Origin: Callorhinchus milii
Lineage: Eukaryota
Length of the DNA: 64,000 nucleotides
Direction: 5' to 3'
Assembly (NCBI RefSeq): GCF_018977255.1
Contig: NW_024704743.1
Span: 111,354,001 to 111,418,000 of the forward strand
Position numbers and translations under genes: made by a program
Part shown: piece after piece, positions 27,301 through 39,904 of the stretch
Layout: each line of letters begins with the position of its first letter
How positions within the stretch are numbered: position 1 is the stretch's first letter
The notes under the pieces: generated by a model
What the model was told of the DNA's origin: nothing
What the model saw: the letters and a program-made list of their open reading frames with translations, nothing else
Database searches by the model: none

Positions 27301-29595
27301 GAGTGTGCATTGGGGGTACTACTAGAGTGTAATCAGATATAAATGCACAGCTTACCTTCACACACACTGGCAAACCACCGCTGCTGTCTAGTTGGAATGC
27401 CCCACCTATTACAGCTTTGGTTGACAAGGTTAGCCAGCACCTCACGGGAGTGTTACTCTAGACTAGGAGCTCAAGTCCTGATGTCTGGGCTTGAATTTAC
27501 AACTTTCTTACTTGGAGACAAGTGTGCTATCAATTGAGCTTGGTTGAGCTAGGAAAGGTAGTACAAGCCAGGGCACTTGATTCATTTCAAATGTAGCAAG
27601 AAACTGTAATGGTAAGATGGTAGAGTTGGTATTTTGAGGGGATCATACAATAATAACAACAACAACAAGATTACATTTGTATAGCGCCTTTCACGTCGGG
27701 AGGACCTCCCAAGGTGCTGGAATAATAACAATGATAATAATAATAATAACAATAATAATAATAACCCCTGTATTTGATATAGCATCTTATCACATCATTG
27801 AGTCATCTCAGAGCTCTTCACAGAATTTATTGGAAAATGAATTGACTGTGTATTTTGTGGGATCAAATGGATCAAAGGGTATCCTTAATCCAAACCTCTC
27901 TTTTGAACAAACATTTTGCTGCTAATCAGCTTTGGGGAGTCATATTCACATTCATATGCATATCACAAGATTAGTTTGGATGAAGAAGACCCATCATTTT
28001 ATTTGATCTCATCCCTCCCAGAACACCCACCCTACTGTCTTCTCAACGCAGCATCAAGCTTTATTTTAAAAGAAAAATGACTCCATTGTCCCGGCTCAGA
28101 AACCGTCAGAAGGAACCACTTAGACCTAGGATGACAATCTATTATTTTATAATGCTGAAATATGTAAAATAGAAGAGGATTGACAGGTATTAAGAGGAAT
28201 AGTTCATACTGACTTGACAATTGTAGTACTGGTAAGGATGTTACAGCACTGGCTATGTGGCTGCTCTGAGCCCCACACATGGTTTAGAGCCCTGCAACAC
28301 TTCACTTTTGTTCTACTGACTGCCTTGCTAAACACAACCTACCTCTGTGGCACAGCTATTCCATTCGATTATTGTCAAGGATGGCAAAATACCAGTGTCA
28401 CCACCGGTAATACAGTCATAAATGGGTCCTATCCATTCTGATAAGTGTACAGTCCATGAAGCTGGCATTGCAAATAAGAAGGCAATGCAGTGAAGGGTGG
28501 GAGCTAAAAGCTTGTGACATGCAAATTTCCCCATGGCTAGAAAACCCTTCTATATAAAGCATGCTAAAACCTATTATTCCACACCGGTTCTCACAGACAC
28601 TCTTTGTGATCTGAAACAAAGCAGATTGACTAGCACATATTTTATTGCAAAACCACACCTTTTATCAGCATCATCATCGTCAACATCTTCCAAATGCAAA
28701 TTCCCTTCTTCCAACAATTGCATTTTGCAAAACAGGCAATACAGTAATTCTAAATGAAGACACACATTGTGACCGTTACCCTGAACAAAGGCGTTCAGCC
28801 CCAACGTGAAGTGTTTGCATTCAGCTTGGGGAGGTAGGGAGGCTGGTTTGCTTTTTTTTCTAAATATAAAATGAAAATAGGAAATCACAGCAGTGTCACT
28901 TACCTCTCTATAAAAAGGTTAAACATGCAGAGGGATTAAAGCATTGCGGATGTTTTGCAGACACCAACAAATAAAAAGTCAGCGGCTCAGCGGCTCCTTT
29001 TGCCCTGTAATGGTAACGACACAGGAGAAACTGCGCTTGGCAATTGCAAGCTGCCTTTCAGCATGACATCATGCGGGATTCAACCACTGCTTCCCAGGCT
29101 GCAGGGTCAGTGCATCACATTGCATTGCACTACACCACACACTACACCATCACACACACACTGGAGCTCGGCATTGGCAAACGTCGCCCTCTATAAACCA
29201 GCCACAGAAACACCCCCGATCCATTGGCTCTCTCGGTGATCTCTCACTGCGATGGTCCCTTCACAGTCCCTGCAGACTGTCCATTGCCCCAGACAGAGGG
29301 CTTTGCTGTCTCCTGGCTGCTGCGATGGACCGTGTGAAACCTGTCTGGCTTTTGGTCGCAGAATGCCCGCTGGAGGTCGAGCTGTCATAACCACAGCACA
29401 GGCAGGGCAACCCCGTTAATTATTGGGGTGTGTTTGTCGGTATTAAGGACTCACTATGTCACAGTGACAATCTGGGAAAAAAAATTAAACAACCGGGAAT
29501 CAAGGCGGAGGATAAAACCAATCAAGAGAAGGGAGTTTCGCTCCATGTCCCTGGCCAACAATCTCCCAGATAAAACTGGTCATTCACTTCATGGC

Positions 29596-30149
29596 CGGTT
29601 AAACTGGCTCCAAGGTGACACGCCTGGCAATGGAATGTCGGAATCGAACCAGCCCTCTGTGGTGGTCAGGGTAGCCCGGTTCCTGAGCCAGGCGGGTCCA
29701 CAGTATTCCAGGGCGCCTGGCGCATGGGCAGGGCCTGCAAGGGCAGACCAGTCCCTGGGGGCAGGGAGTCATCCCATTCAGCTCCTGTTAACCCTGCAAG
29801 CCAAAGCCCTAATGGGTAGAGTGGTCCTAGCTGGACAAGCAGCGGGAAAGCTTGCCAGGCAGCGTTATCAATGGCAAGCTATGCGGTTTTAGCTGATTAG
29901 ATTCCAGCAGTACCCCCAACACACACTCTGGGGTCACCAAGCCTTGGCTCTCGCCAACCTGCACCTACTACTTTCAGGAATTAGGTAAACAGAATGTGTC
30001 CCTCCAGGGAGAAAGTGGGCATTCCATTCCAACTATCCCTGGGATTTCCATGTGTAGGTGGGATGCATGGAAATCTCAGCTTGGTTTGAATACTCTTAAG
30101 CAAGGCACTGGGTTTCCGCATGTCAGACACCCTTGCTGACCAACCAAAA
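29596..30149 (+). mobile_element. Unclassified A-tailed retroposon with 10-bp TSD, inserted in a Deu-SINE
   Basis: Flanked by ACTTCATGGC (29586-29595 and 30150-30159) and ends CTGACCAACCAAAA. Homologous copies elsewhere in the window. Confidence 0.75.
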
Positions 30150-32019
30150 ACTTCATGGCTATTTATGGAAGGTGGCTGTGTGCAAATTGGCTGCTGCACT
30201 TGCCTATGAAATACATGGCCACTGCTCTTTAAAGTAAATGCTGTGAAGCGCTTTGAGACTTTCTGCTGAAGGGAAAGGCACCCAATCTAATGCAATGATT
30301 ATTTTTAGTAAAAAGCTTCATATTCTCAGTTGCATTCTATCATGAAACCCTGGTTACCAAATCCAAGTCTTCAGTAAGTTACATTGGATTGTATTTTGTG
30401 TAAGATCACGTGTTTCTGTTTTAGGACTTCAGTCATTTTGTGTGTGTGTATGCATGTGTGCAATGATAACACAAGTTGTTATTGTTGAAATGTGACTATG
30501 TTGTGTGTCCATCTCGTGATGCTTCCAGGTTTGAAACTGATAGCCAAATAACCCTGTCACTTACATTCATCATTGATCTCTTAAATTTAACACTGTAACT
30601 CTTTAAGAAACTTTACAATTGAGATGATCCGATAACAAAATATTTCTACAAATGAAAACAGTCAATGATCTGTATGTTGGTTGCCTAAATTAATGATCTT
30701 CCACTTTCACCATTTTCTCATTGATTTTTAGCTTGTAATTCTTCCAGTGTGCTGAGCCAGTGAAATCAGATTCCATCATGATTTGTATCAGTATTATAAC
30801 CCCTATGCCAGGTTCTGGCAGCTTCAAATGAAAGTCCATTGCGAAAGAACAAAGTGCAACACATTGTAATGCCTCATTCTTACGAACAGCTGGACAATTG
30901 AATTTTATTGTGAGGGTCAAAGGAATCTTAAAAACTTTTTTTAAAATCTTCAACATGGAATTATAGAGTGAGGCAAATGAAATATTACCTGTTCAAATTA
31001 TATTGTGCATAGTCACTACACTTTTCCGTAAATCCTATGAAGCACTTTGAGACTTTTCGATGATGTGATAAGGCGCTATATCTCCATTGGTTGGTAAACA
31101 CACTGATCATGGCATTGACGTTGTGATCTTACAATGGAAAAATCTCATTGTCAACTGGCATCGTTAAATGGAATGACAATCTGAGAATCACCCCACCGAA
31201 TCCACTGAAAATTTGTGAAATTGCTATTTTCAACATTTTGTTTTATTGGTCAGGCCCCACCTGACTTCAGTGCTCTCCGATGTTTTTATCTGATTGTTGA
31301 GAGCAGAGGCTATGAATGCAGTTCCGTTGCTCCCTTCACTCAATGGGCACCTGCCTCAGGTCTCCCGCTCTACCCACCCTACCATCAGTAATCAGGCTTT
31401 CAGCCTCTGTCCCCACTCTGGAAATCCATCCCAGAGTCTCCAATTGTTTCCCACCTTCACCTTTTTCAAGATCTATCTGTTTGACTGGGCTTTAGGTAAT
31501 TTTTAAGTCCCCTCCCCCACATCCCTTGGCTCCCACCCCCAACTAAGGCACCAAGCCATTATTATTAAATGCTCTGGGATGTTACTCCATGTGAAGGACA
31601 ATATGTCAATGCAATTTGTGTTGTTGTTGTTCTAGAAGCCAGCTTTCTAGATTTTTAAGAAAGAACCACGTTCTATATTAAAATGGAACTGAAGAATTTT
31701 CACAATCCTGCGCCATGTTTTCTGACAAAATCTTTTCAGATAAAATGGTCCTCACTGTTAGGACTAATTGAACCTCCAGATCTAATGAACGTAATATGGG
31801 TGTCCCTCAGAAAATTGAACCTGCAATAAAGTTAAGTGTGTGCATTACTGCCATCTTGTGGTAGGACAGCAAATATTCTGAAAAATATTTCAAGGTTACA
31901 AAAAATGTACGTGAAGATCAAAAAGCATCCTACCCTCTGTATTAGGATCTTATCTGACACATCCTGTCTACAATATTACACTGCAATCCACGGAATCTGT
32001 CTACAGTATCATCATCATC

Positions 32020-32351
32020 ATAATAATTCTTGCATTTGATATCGTTCCTTATCATGTCTTTGAGACTCAAAGCGCTTCACAGAATATATTGCAAAGTGAA
32101 TTGACGGCATATTTTGTGAGTGAAATGCAGCAGCTAATTGCACACAGCCATGTCTCACAAACAGTGGTGGATTGAATAACCTAATGATTTTTTTTAAGGA
32201 ATTATTAGCCCCAGAAAAGCGATTCGGCAATCGACGTACTAACAAACAGAAGTGTAAGGAAACGTGCCTAAGGTTTCGTTTTACCTGGGAATCAAACCCA
32301 GGTCCTGTCACTTTCGAGGCAAGTGCTCTAACCAATACGCTACAGGACTCC
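32020..32351 (-). mobile_element. Family-A SINE, diverged long form
   Basis: Head, core and tail recognisable. Confidence 0.75.
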
Positions 32352-35146
32352 ATAAATAATAATCATATATAATTAATAATAATCATAAAATAATAATTCT
32401 TGCATTGGAGTAACACCATTAACGTTGGTAGGACATCTCAAAGCTCTTCACTGGATTTACTGGGAGTGGAGTTACTGTATTTTTAATGTATGTGGCAGCC
32501 GAATTGCACGCAGCAAACAGCCATGAAAAAAGTGATTGATTTTATTTTGAGGATTGTTGATCAGAACACTGGAAGAAACCCATGTTAGGACTTGGACCTC
32601 ATATTCTAGGCTGACACTTCAATACTGGGCTGGAGGTGAACTATATTGTTAGAGGTGCCATCCTTCAGATCAAACTTTAAACCAAGGTCCCATCAGCCTG
32701 TTCAGGTGAATGTTAAACATCCCATGGCACTACTTGAAAAGAGAAGGGAGTTTCTCCCATTGTTCTGGCCAATAATCTCCCAAATGAAATTGTTTATTCA
32801 CTTTATGGTTGTTTGTAGGACAATGCTGTGTGCAAATTAGCTGCTCTACAAAATACACAGTCACTATACTTTACAGTAAATCCTGTGAAGTGTTTTGAGA
32901 TGTTTCGACAAAGTGATAAGGCTGATACCAAGGATTAAAATTCTTAACTCCACCAAAAATACAGTTGTTTTGCTCAGACAAAAATAGAATTGTTTAGCGA
33001 AGTCTGAAATGAGCTAGTGAATCAAAGCCATGGGTTCTCAGAATACTGCCACTTACACACGATAAACAAATCAAACAGCAACACACCTGCATACAGGCAG
33101 ACACTTTGAACAGTAATTGTATTACTCAGACTCATGTTTGGAGTTCAAGATGGTCCTCAATTTACAGTATTGTATGATTGAGAATCCTTGATATCATGAG
33201 ATGATTTGAGACACTATTTGCCTGTGATACAACCTGTTACCTCAGAACACTCTCTATTGTTATTTTCATGTTGACTGCTACACGTTTGTTCAAGGATCTT
33301 AATCTGTTTCACAATCTATTTACAAAATACTTACTCTCCCCAGTTTTTGCGCATATTAGCTTGCCTCATTTGGTAACACTCTCACCTCTGAGTCAGAAGG
33401 TTGTGGGTTTAATCTCCACATTAGGACTCATATTCTCGGCTGACACACCAAATCAGTGCCGGGGGAAGCTACATTGTTGAAGGTGATGAGAAATTAAACC
33501 AAGGTCCTGTTGGTCTGTTCAGCTGGACGATAAAAAAAAACTCTGGCTCTATTGGAAAAGAGAATGGGTCTTGGCTAATAAATACTGCCAGCTGTGTTTA
33601 CTTACAAATTTACAGTCACTACATTTGCAATAAATCTCGTGAAACACTTTGAAACATCTTCTTAACGTGAAAGAAGCTGTATTGAATGCAAAGTTTTTTT
33701 TATTATTATCTTATTGAACTGGCCTTAACTTGCCCTGTTATAGGTGCAGCCTCAGAGAGGATGTGCAGACTTCTTTCTGAATTTTTCTCATGTCTTTGGC
33801 AACTTATCCCTCTTATAATTAATGGCTTTATGTTGTGTCTAATTGCTGCAGTTAATGTGGAAATCAAATCTTGGTTTTCTTGGTCTGCCCACTCTATAAA
33901 GCTTTCATTATGAACAAGGCATTCAATGCTCCATGTGTAATTCAAGTAATTCAGTTCAATTAATTTTTATGCTGTTACCAATATTTGAACCATTTTTGCT
34001 TGCAAGTAACTATGTTTTTAATGTCCCTTTTTAGGTACTTGATTACTTGGTTGTGCTTTTTATAGATGGAATAATAAGGTACATTGGGAAATGTGGGGGT
34101 GTTCCTTCCGGTTATCCTGGCTTGAATTTCCCACATCCAAACTTAGCTTCACATTCAAATAAACTTCGGTGTTGGTCTGGTTCAGTTGGTAGCAATCTCA
34201 CCTTCTGTATAAGAAGGTTGTGGATTCAAGCTCCATGACATGACTTTGAGTATCAGATGGGTTGAAGGGGCTTCTTCATCCTAACTAATTTTGTGATCTT
34301 GTAACTATGTTCATCTTTGCATCTGCCGTTGCACCCTACTGTGTTTGAAGGAAGTAAAATGTTTAACAAGATACTTTTTTTAACGCTATTCTGCAAGTAT
34401 ACTTCACTGTCACAACTGCCCACAAAATACACAGCCAAATCCACTTTACAGCATATCTTGTCTCACTATATCATATGCAAGATTTTTTAAATTATTATTG
34501 TTAATGTGTAGAGATCAATTTCTGGGGGAATTGGAAGCCTGAGATTTCTCATTGTCTTCAATGAATGATCATTGGGGTAAATAAAATTTGCAGTATTCTT
34601 TAATTGTTCCTTGCCTTAATTATTACAAGGAACACTTTGAGAAAAAATAGCAAATTTGCTATAATTTCTGAATTGAATCATGATAATTAAGGCTTATCTT
34701 CATTCACTGCACCACAGCAGCATTTTTTAAATGCCTTTTGAAAAATGCATCAATTTAGTCTGAATTTGAGAAACGTTTCCTTAAAAAGTGAGGAAAACAG
34801 TTCAGACTGAAAATGTAAGAATTTTTAACCATCGATCTTAAATTTAAAGACGATCGATTTAATGTTAGTCCTGTGACTTCTCTCGTTGCTCCATTCGCTG
34901 TCACAGAACACAGTCATCTTCCAGCAGCCTAACACAGGAAAAAGAGTGGCAGCCGAGAAAAACAGGTCAACTTTATAAACTAGAATGAGCTATTGATACT
35001 CAAAATGTTTCAATTAAAATAGATTTCAGTTTATAAGTAACAAAATCCCTGCACGATTTATGTATCATAAACATTTTTATGTTTGAGGGAAATGCCAGGA
35101 GTTGGTCCTGTAAGTCTAGTAGAAAGATCCGCAGCAAAATGTACCT

Positions 35147-35167
35147 CTGACGTCAGGAAGGGAAGTG
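35147..35167 (+). promoter_or_regulatory. Candidate SERINC promoter: perfect CRE palindrome abutting ETS-like GGAAG/GGAAGTG sites
   Basis: CTGACGTCAG (35147-35156) followed directly by GAAGGGAAGTG, about 70-90 nt upstream of the best exon-1 ATG. Motif match only. Confidence 0.55.
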
Positions 35168-35237
35168 ATCAGCAGAGAGCAGGTCACTGCTGTCCCCACC
35201 TGTCACGATGAGCAGCTCATTCTCTGCCAGATTAAGA

Positions 35238-35273
35238 ATGGGTTGGAGCTTCCCGACTACTGTCTGCAAATGG
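35238..35273 (+). CDS. SERINC-family gene, best candidate first coding exon (MGWSFPTTVCKW)
   Basis: Strong Kozak context AGAATGG. Starts Met-Gly and ends in Trp at phase 0 before the donor TGG|gtgaga, like the short MG...W first exon of SERINC1/2/3 (12 codons here, 13 in human). Phase fits exon 2. Confidence 0.65.
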
Positions 35274-36233
35274 GTGAGAATTCAGCTTTCACTCCTTGCG
35301 CTTTGAACGCAATAGCTTGTGTGCAATTTCTCAAATATAATTTGGGAAATAGTTGGGGGGAAGGGGAGAAGGTAGGCGTGTAAAATGATTCCAGTTAATT
35401 AATTATTTAAAATGCTGTGTTAATTCAGTTGAGCTTATACCCAAGAATGTGATTTCTATCATTCACTGTGCCTGCTAATAACTGATGTAGATGATTGTTT
35501 TAAATAAACAACAACAATAAATTGTATTTATATAGCGCTTTTCATGTCAGGAGGACGTAATGATGTCTTGCTTCCCTCCTTGTAACAAGTGCTGCCTAAA
35601 GCTGAGCATTTCTGGAATCAAAACTTTTAGCCCCACAGATTGCCGATAAGTACAGGAAGTGCTGTAGTCTTTGTATGGGGAGTTTGGCAAGCTGACGAAT
35701 TATTCCTATTTCATGGGTACATGTTGATCTTTTGGGGTTATAAAAAATTTACATCTTCAAAATAGCTATAAAATCATTCCCCGCCTCCTCCTTCCCCCCT
35801 CCACCAGTGGAGAAAGCAGTAAAAACAAAGCTTGTCTTTTGTCTTCCCATTTTGGATTATAAAATCATTACCGTTTTGCTTGTAGATGTTATTTCAGATT
35901 TGCACTCTGTGTACACTTCCTGACTCTGTGCTGACTCTCCTGAGGTTTCTAGCTGAAGCAGAGGTCAATACAAAGAGATTAAGTGTACAAATGATGGCTT
36001 CCTTTATCAGATTGCTCCATGAAAAATTGAATATCCATGTCAGTGGCATTTGGAAGATTTATTTTGACAGATTAGCTCCTTCCTGTATGCTGGAAAATTA
36101 TATTTTTATGATAAAAATGCAGGCACATCACTGTAAGGAGTATAATGGGTATAAACAGCTACTGTTTAGACATTTGTATTACACTCTGGTTATTGCAGCT
36201 GGCATTAACCAGAGTGTAATACAACATTACTTT

Positions 36234-36890
36234 CATAGAATCACAGAATTATACAGCAAGAAGGAGGCCATTCAGCCCATCGTGTCTGTAATGCAACATT
36301 ACTTTCATAGAATCATAGAATCATAGAATCATAGAATTATACAGCAAGAAGGAGGCCATTCAGCCCATCAGGTCTGTACCGGCTCTTTGAAAAGAGCTAT
36401 CCAATTCAATCCCACTCCCCTGCTTTCTCCCGATAGCCATGCAAACTTGTCCTCCCCAAATAATAACCTATTTCTCTTAAAAATTGTTACCTACTTACCT
36501 GCCCGTACCCTCCGTTCCTCTGGCTCAGGTCTGCTCCACATCCCCCGCCCTAACCGCCCTATCATCGGTGGCCGGGCCTTCAGCCTCTCAGCCCCCAGGC
36601 TCTGGAACTCTATCCCCCAGTGCCTTCGCCGCCTCCTCCCTTTCCTCCTTCAAGGCCGATCTCAAGACCTTTCTCTTTGACAGTGCCTTCAGCTCCCCTC
36701 TCGACTCTCTACCCCCTCCTCGCTCCCTCCCTTCCCTCCCCTCACCCTGACCATTTCCCCCTGCTCGGGTCCTGACCCAACTATCCAGCGTCCTCCCGAC
36801 GTGAAAGGCGCTCTATAGATGAAATCTTGTTGTTGTTGTTGTTATCGGATCGGCTTCCACCACCCTTTCAGGCAGTGCATTTCAGGTAAT
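36234..36890 (-). mobile_element. CR1-type 3' end with (CATAGAAT)n tail, interrupted by a + strand L2 3' end (about 36490-36843)
   Basis: GAAGGAGGCCATTCAGCCCATC tail motif. The L2 piece has GRAFSLSAPRLWNSIP and (TTG)n. Confidence 0.78.
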
Positions 36891-37410
36891 ACTTTGGGCA
36901 TGTAATAGATGGAAATATATGAAAGGTTATTAGTTACTAGTCAGTCTGTATGGCTATTCACCACAAAGTCACAAAACCCTTTTGACAGCAGATTACCAGA
37001 AATTGAATCAATATATACACACAAGAACATTTGCACTCAATCCCTACTAAATGAAGTAAGCAATGACAAGCACACAGGAACATTTTGAATGCAACCATTT
37101 TCCCCCTCCCCCAAAACAATATTCAAATAGGAGCAGATTGCTAGCTCTATTCTCAATTTTACTCAAGTGATATGTTTACATTTTTAAAAGAAAAGTATTG
37201 CACAGTTTACAGGAATATTTTAGAGTTTGGAACAATGGCTGCTCAGGTTTAATTACAATTTTATGCAGACCAATCTGCTTCCATATTCATGAAAGCAATA
37301 CAGGAAAGCAATACAAACTGTGTACAAACCTCTGGGAATTGCATCTTGACGTATTATATTGTGTAATATATATCTGGATATCTAGAGCTGTGTTGTAGAC
37401 AGGATATCTA

Positions 37411-39340
37411 TAACTCAAAACACAAACCCGGACGCATGAGCGCAGATGGCAGAAATCCGACCTCACGATTCACCACCAGCTGTGGCTCGAGCACCTCCGC
37501 ACCTGCCGCCTCTCCCTTTCACAGGCCAAAACTGACTTTTACTCCAAAGTCATCCTGGAGGCAAACAATCCAAAGATGCTGTTTTTCACCGTCCATCACC
37601 TCCACCGTGCATCCCCTCAAGTCCCCTCTATCCTCACATCAAACGCCAAGTGCAAAGAGGTCCTAGACTTCTTCGCCTCAAAGATAAAAATATTTGCTTG
37701 CCTGCATCCTCCTCCCCACCCATATCCCTGTCCATCCCACCCAGACTATCCACACCACCTCCTCCCTCCGCCATGGCTCCTGCCGCTCCCCCCTCCTTAC
37801 ACTCCCTGGCCCCGATTTCTCCCTCCTCCCTCTCAACCACAATCACTCGGATGAAGTTCACCACCTGCTGCCTTGACCTTCTCCCCACCCAGCAGCTGGT
37901 CACTCAACTCCCCCTTCTCTACCTCTTGCTGGCCAACACGGTCAACTAGTCCCTCTCCTCAGGCTCTGTTCCACTCCCCCTGAAACCGCTGTTAACCTCA
38001 AAAAACCGACCCTCGATCCCTCTAATCTCACACACTACTGTCCCATTTCCAACCTACCCTTCCTTGTCAAATTCCTCAAACGCATTGTTGCAGGTCAGCT
38101 TCGGTCACACCTCTCCCTCCACTTCCTTCTCGAGCCCCTGCAGTCTGGTTTTCGCCCTGCCCACAGCACAGAGATAGCGCTTGTCAAAGTCACAAACGAC
38201 ATTCTCTCTATCTATCACCAGGGCTCCCTCTGCCTCCGCATTCTCCTGGATCTCTCTGCCGCACAGTGAACCATGCCATCCTCCTCCGTTGCCTCTCCTC
38301 CCTCATCTACCTTAGTGGGACCACACTCGCATGGTTTGAGTCCTACTTAACCAACCGCCTCCATTTCATCTCAGCAAACAGTTTCTTCTCCCGCCCCTGC
38401 CCGTCACTTGCTGGGAACCCCAGAGCTCCATCCTTGGCCCTCTTCTTTTCCTTATCTATATGCTCCCTCTGGGTGATGTAATCAGCAGACACGGGGTAAA
38501 CTTCCATATCTATGCGGATGACACACAAATCTACTTTGCCTCCTCCGGTACCAACTCCAGGTTCGCCGATGTTCTATCAGCTTGTCTGGCAGAAATCAGG
38601 GCCTGGATGAGTGCAAACTTCCTGCAGCTAAATTTGGACAAGATGGAAGCCATACTCCTTGGCTCCCATCAATGTCTTCACTCCTGCGGATCTGAACTCC
38701 TCAACCTCCCTGGGCTCTCCCTCAGACTCACTGAACCAGAGTACAATCTAGGCATCTGGTTCGACCCCCAGCTGTCCTTCCTCCCCCACATCTAGTCCCT
38801 GACCGGAACCGCCTTCTTCCTCCTCCGCCACATTTCCCGCCTCCGACCATATCTTACCCCAAATGCAGCCAAAACCCTTCTGCATGCATTTGTCACCTCC
38901 CATCTGGATTATTCAAACACACTTCTCACCGGTCTCCCCAGCTCCATTATTCACCAGTTCTGGCCAGACTCCACTGGCTCCCCATCACCGACCAGATCGA
39001 CTTCAAGATCCTCACACTCGTGTTCAAATCCCTTCACTCTTTGGCACCTCCCTACCTCTCTGCTCGACTGGCACCGGCCTCCTGCTCGTCCCTCGCACCC
39101 TTTGGCCCACCATCAGAGGTCGCACTTTCAGCCACTGTGCTCCGAAACTCTGGAACACTCTCCCTTAATCCTTCCGCCTTGCCCCCTCTCTCCCCTCTTT
39201 CAAGTCCTGCCTGAAAATCTTCCTCTTCGACTGTGCTTACGGCCACCTCCCCACACCACACCCCACTCCATCCGGCTCGGAGTCAGGCTCGGCTTGTTAA
39301 GCGCTCGGAGACGCTACCCAGCTATATAGTTGTTGTTGTT
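37411..39340 (+). mobile_element. Longest L2-type LINE in the window (about 1.9 kb, decayed ORF2), SERINC intron 1
   Basis: [43 protein letters not shown], with many frameshifts and a (TTG)n tail. Confidence 0.92.
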
Positions 39341-39490
39341 GATATGCAGAGCTGTGTCATAGACTGGGTGTCTATCTCTGTAGCACAGAGCTGGACACCC
39401 GGTCTAGATAACTAGATATCTAGTTCTGTTTTATAGATTGAATATCTAGCTGTGTGTTATGGATTGGATAGCTAGTTCTGTATTATCTAG
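39341..39490. repeat. Degenerate ~26-bp minisatellite (TAGACTGGATATCTAGAGCTGTGTTA-like); further units at 37372-37410
   Basis: Repeated GATATCTAG..CTGTG..TAGA units on both sides of the 37411-39340 L2. Confidence 0.6.
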
Positions 39491-39742
39491 TGCTTCATTT
39501 GAATATGAGTGGAACAAACTTGACAGCATACATACATGTGTTGTTATGAGTGTGCGGTGGATCCAGAAGTTCTAGGGGCTTTAATAACAGTTGCACAACT
39601 TTCCTCTGATACCTATAGCATAATATTGAGGTTAGTTTTATTTCAGAATATTTTGTTGCTGCAGCAATTAGCAGAAACGTGTGCAATACCATTAAAGCTC
39701 CTTCAAACCCAGTAAACAGTTCACTCTCTCTTGTATTTCCAG

Positions 39743-39904
39743 CTCCCATGTCTGTGCAGCAGTGCTCCATGCCTGATGTGCTCCTATTGCCCCACTGGTA
39801 AAAATTCTGTAGTGACACGATTGATCTATTCATCTGTTTTACTGCTTGGAACAGTCGTTGCTGGTATCATGCTTATACCTCCACTGGAAGATCAGTTGAA
39901 AAAG
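39743..39904 (+). CDS. SERINC-family exon 2 ([54 protein letters not shown])
   Basis: ttccag|...|gtatga, 162 nt, phase 0-0. Cys-rich PCLCSSAPC and TRLIY motifs of SERINC. Confidence 0.95.

Noticed and set aside
9520..28110. Similar ~110-bp segments at about 9525-9640 and 27985-28100
   Set aside because: They look like old CR1-type 3' end relics rather than a locus-specific duplication.
28574..30956. - strand ORFs of 104 and 88 aa
   Set aside because: No homology I recognise. Joining them would need implausibly short introns (about 44 nt).
35693..35695. In-frame TGA read as selenocysteine
   Set aside because: No SECIS can be assessed (the 3' UTR is outside the window), SERINCs are not known selenoproteins, and an open alternative exon 1 exists.
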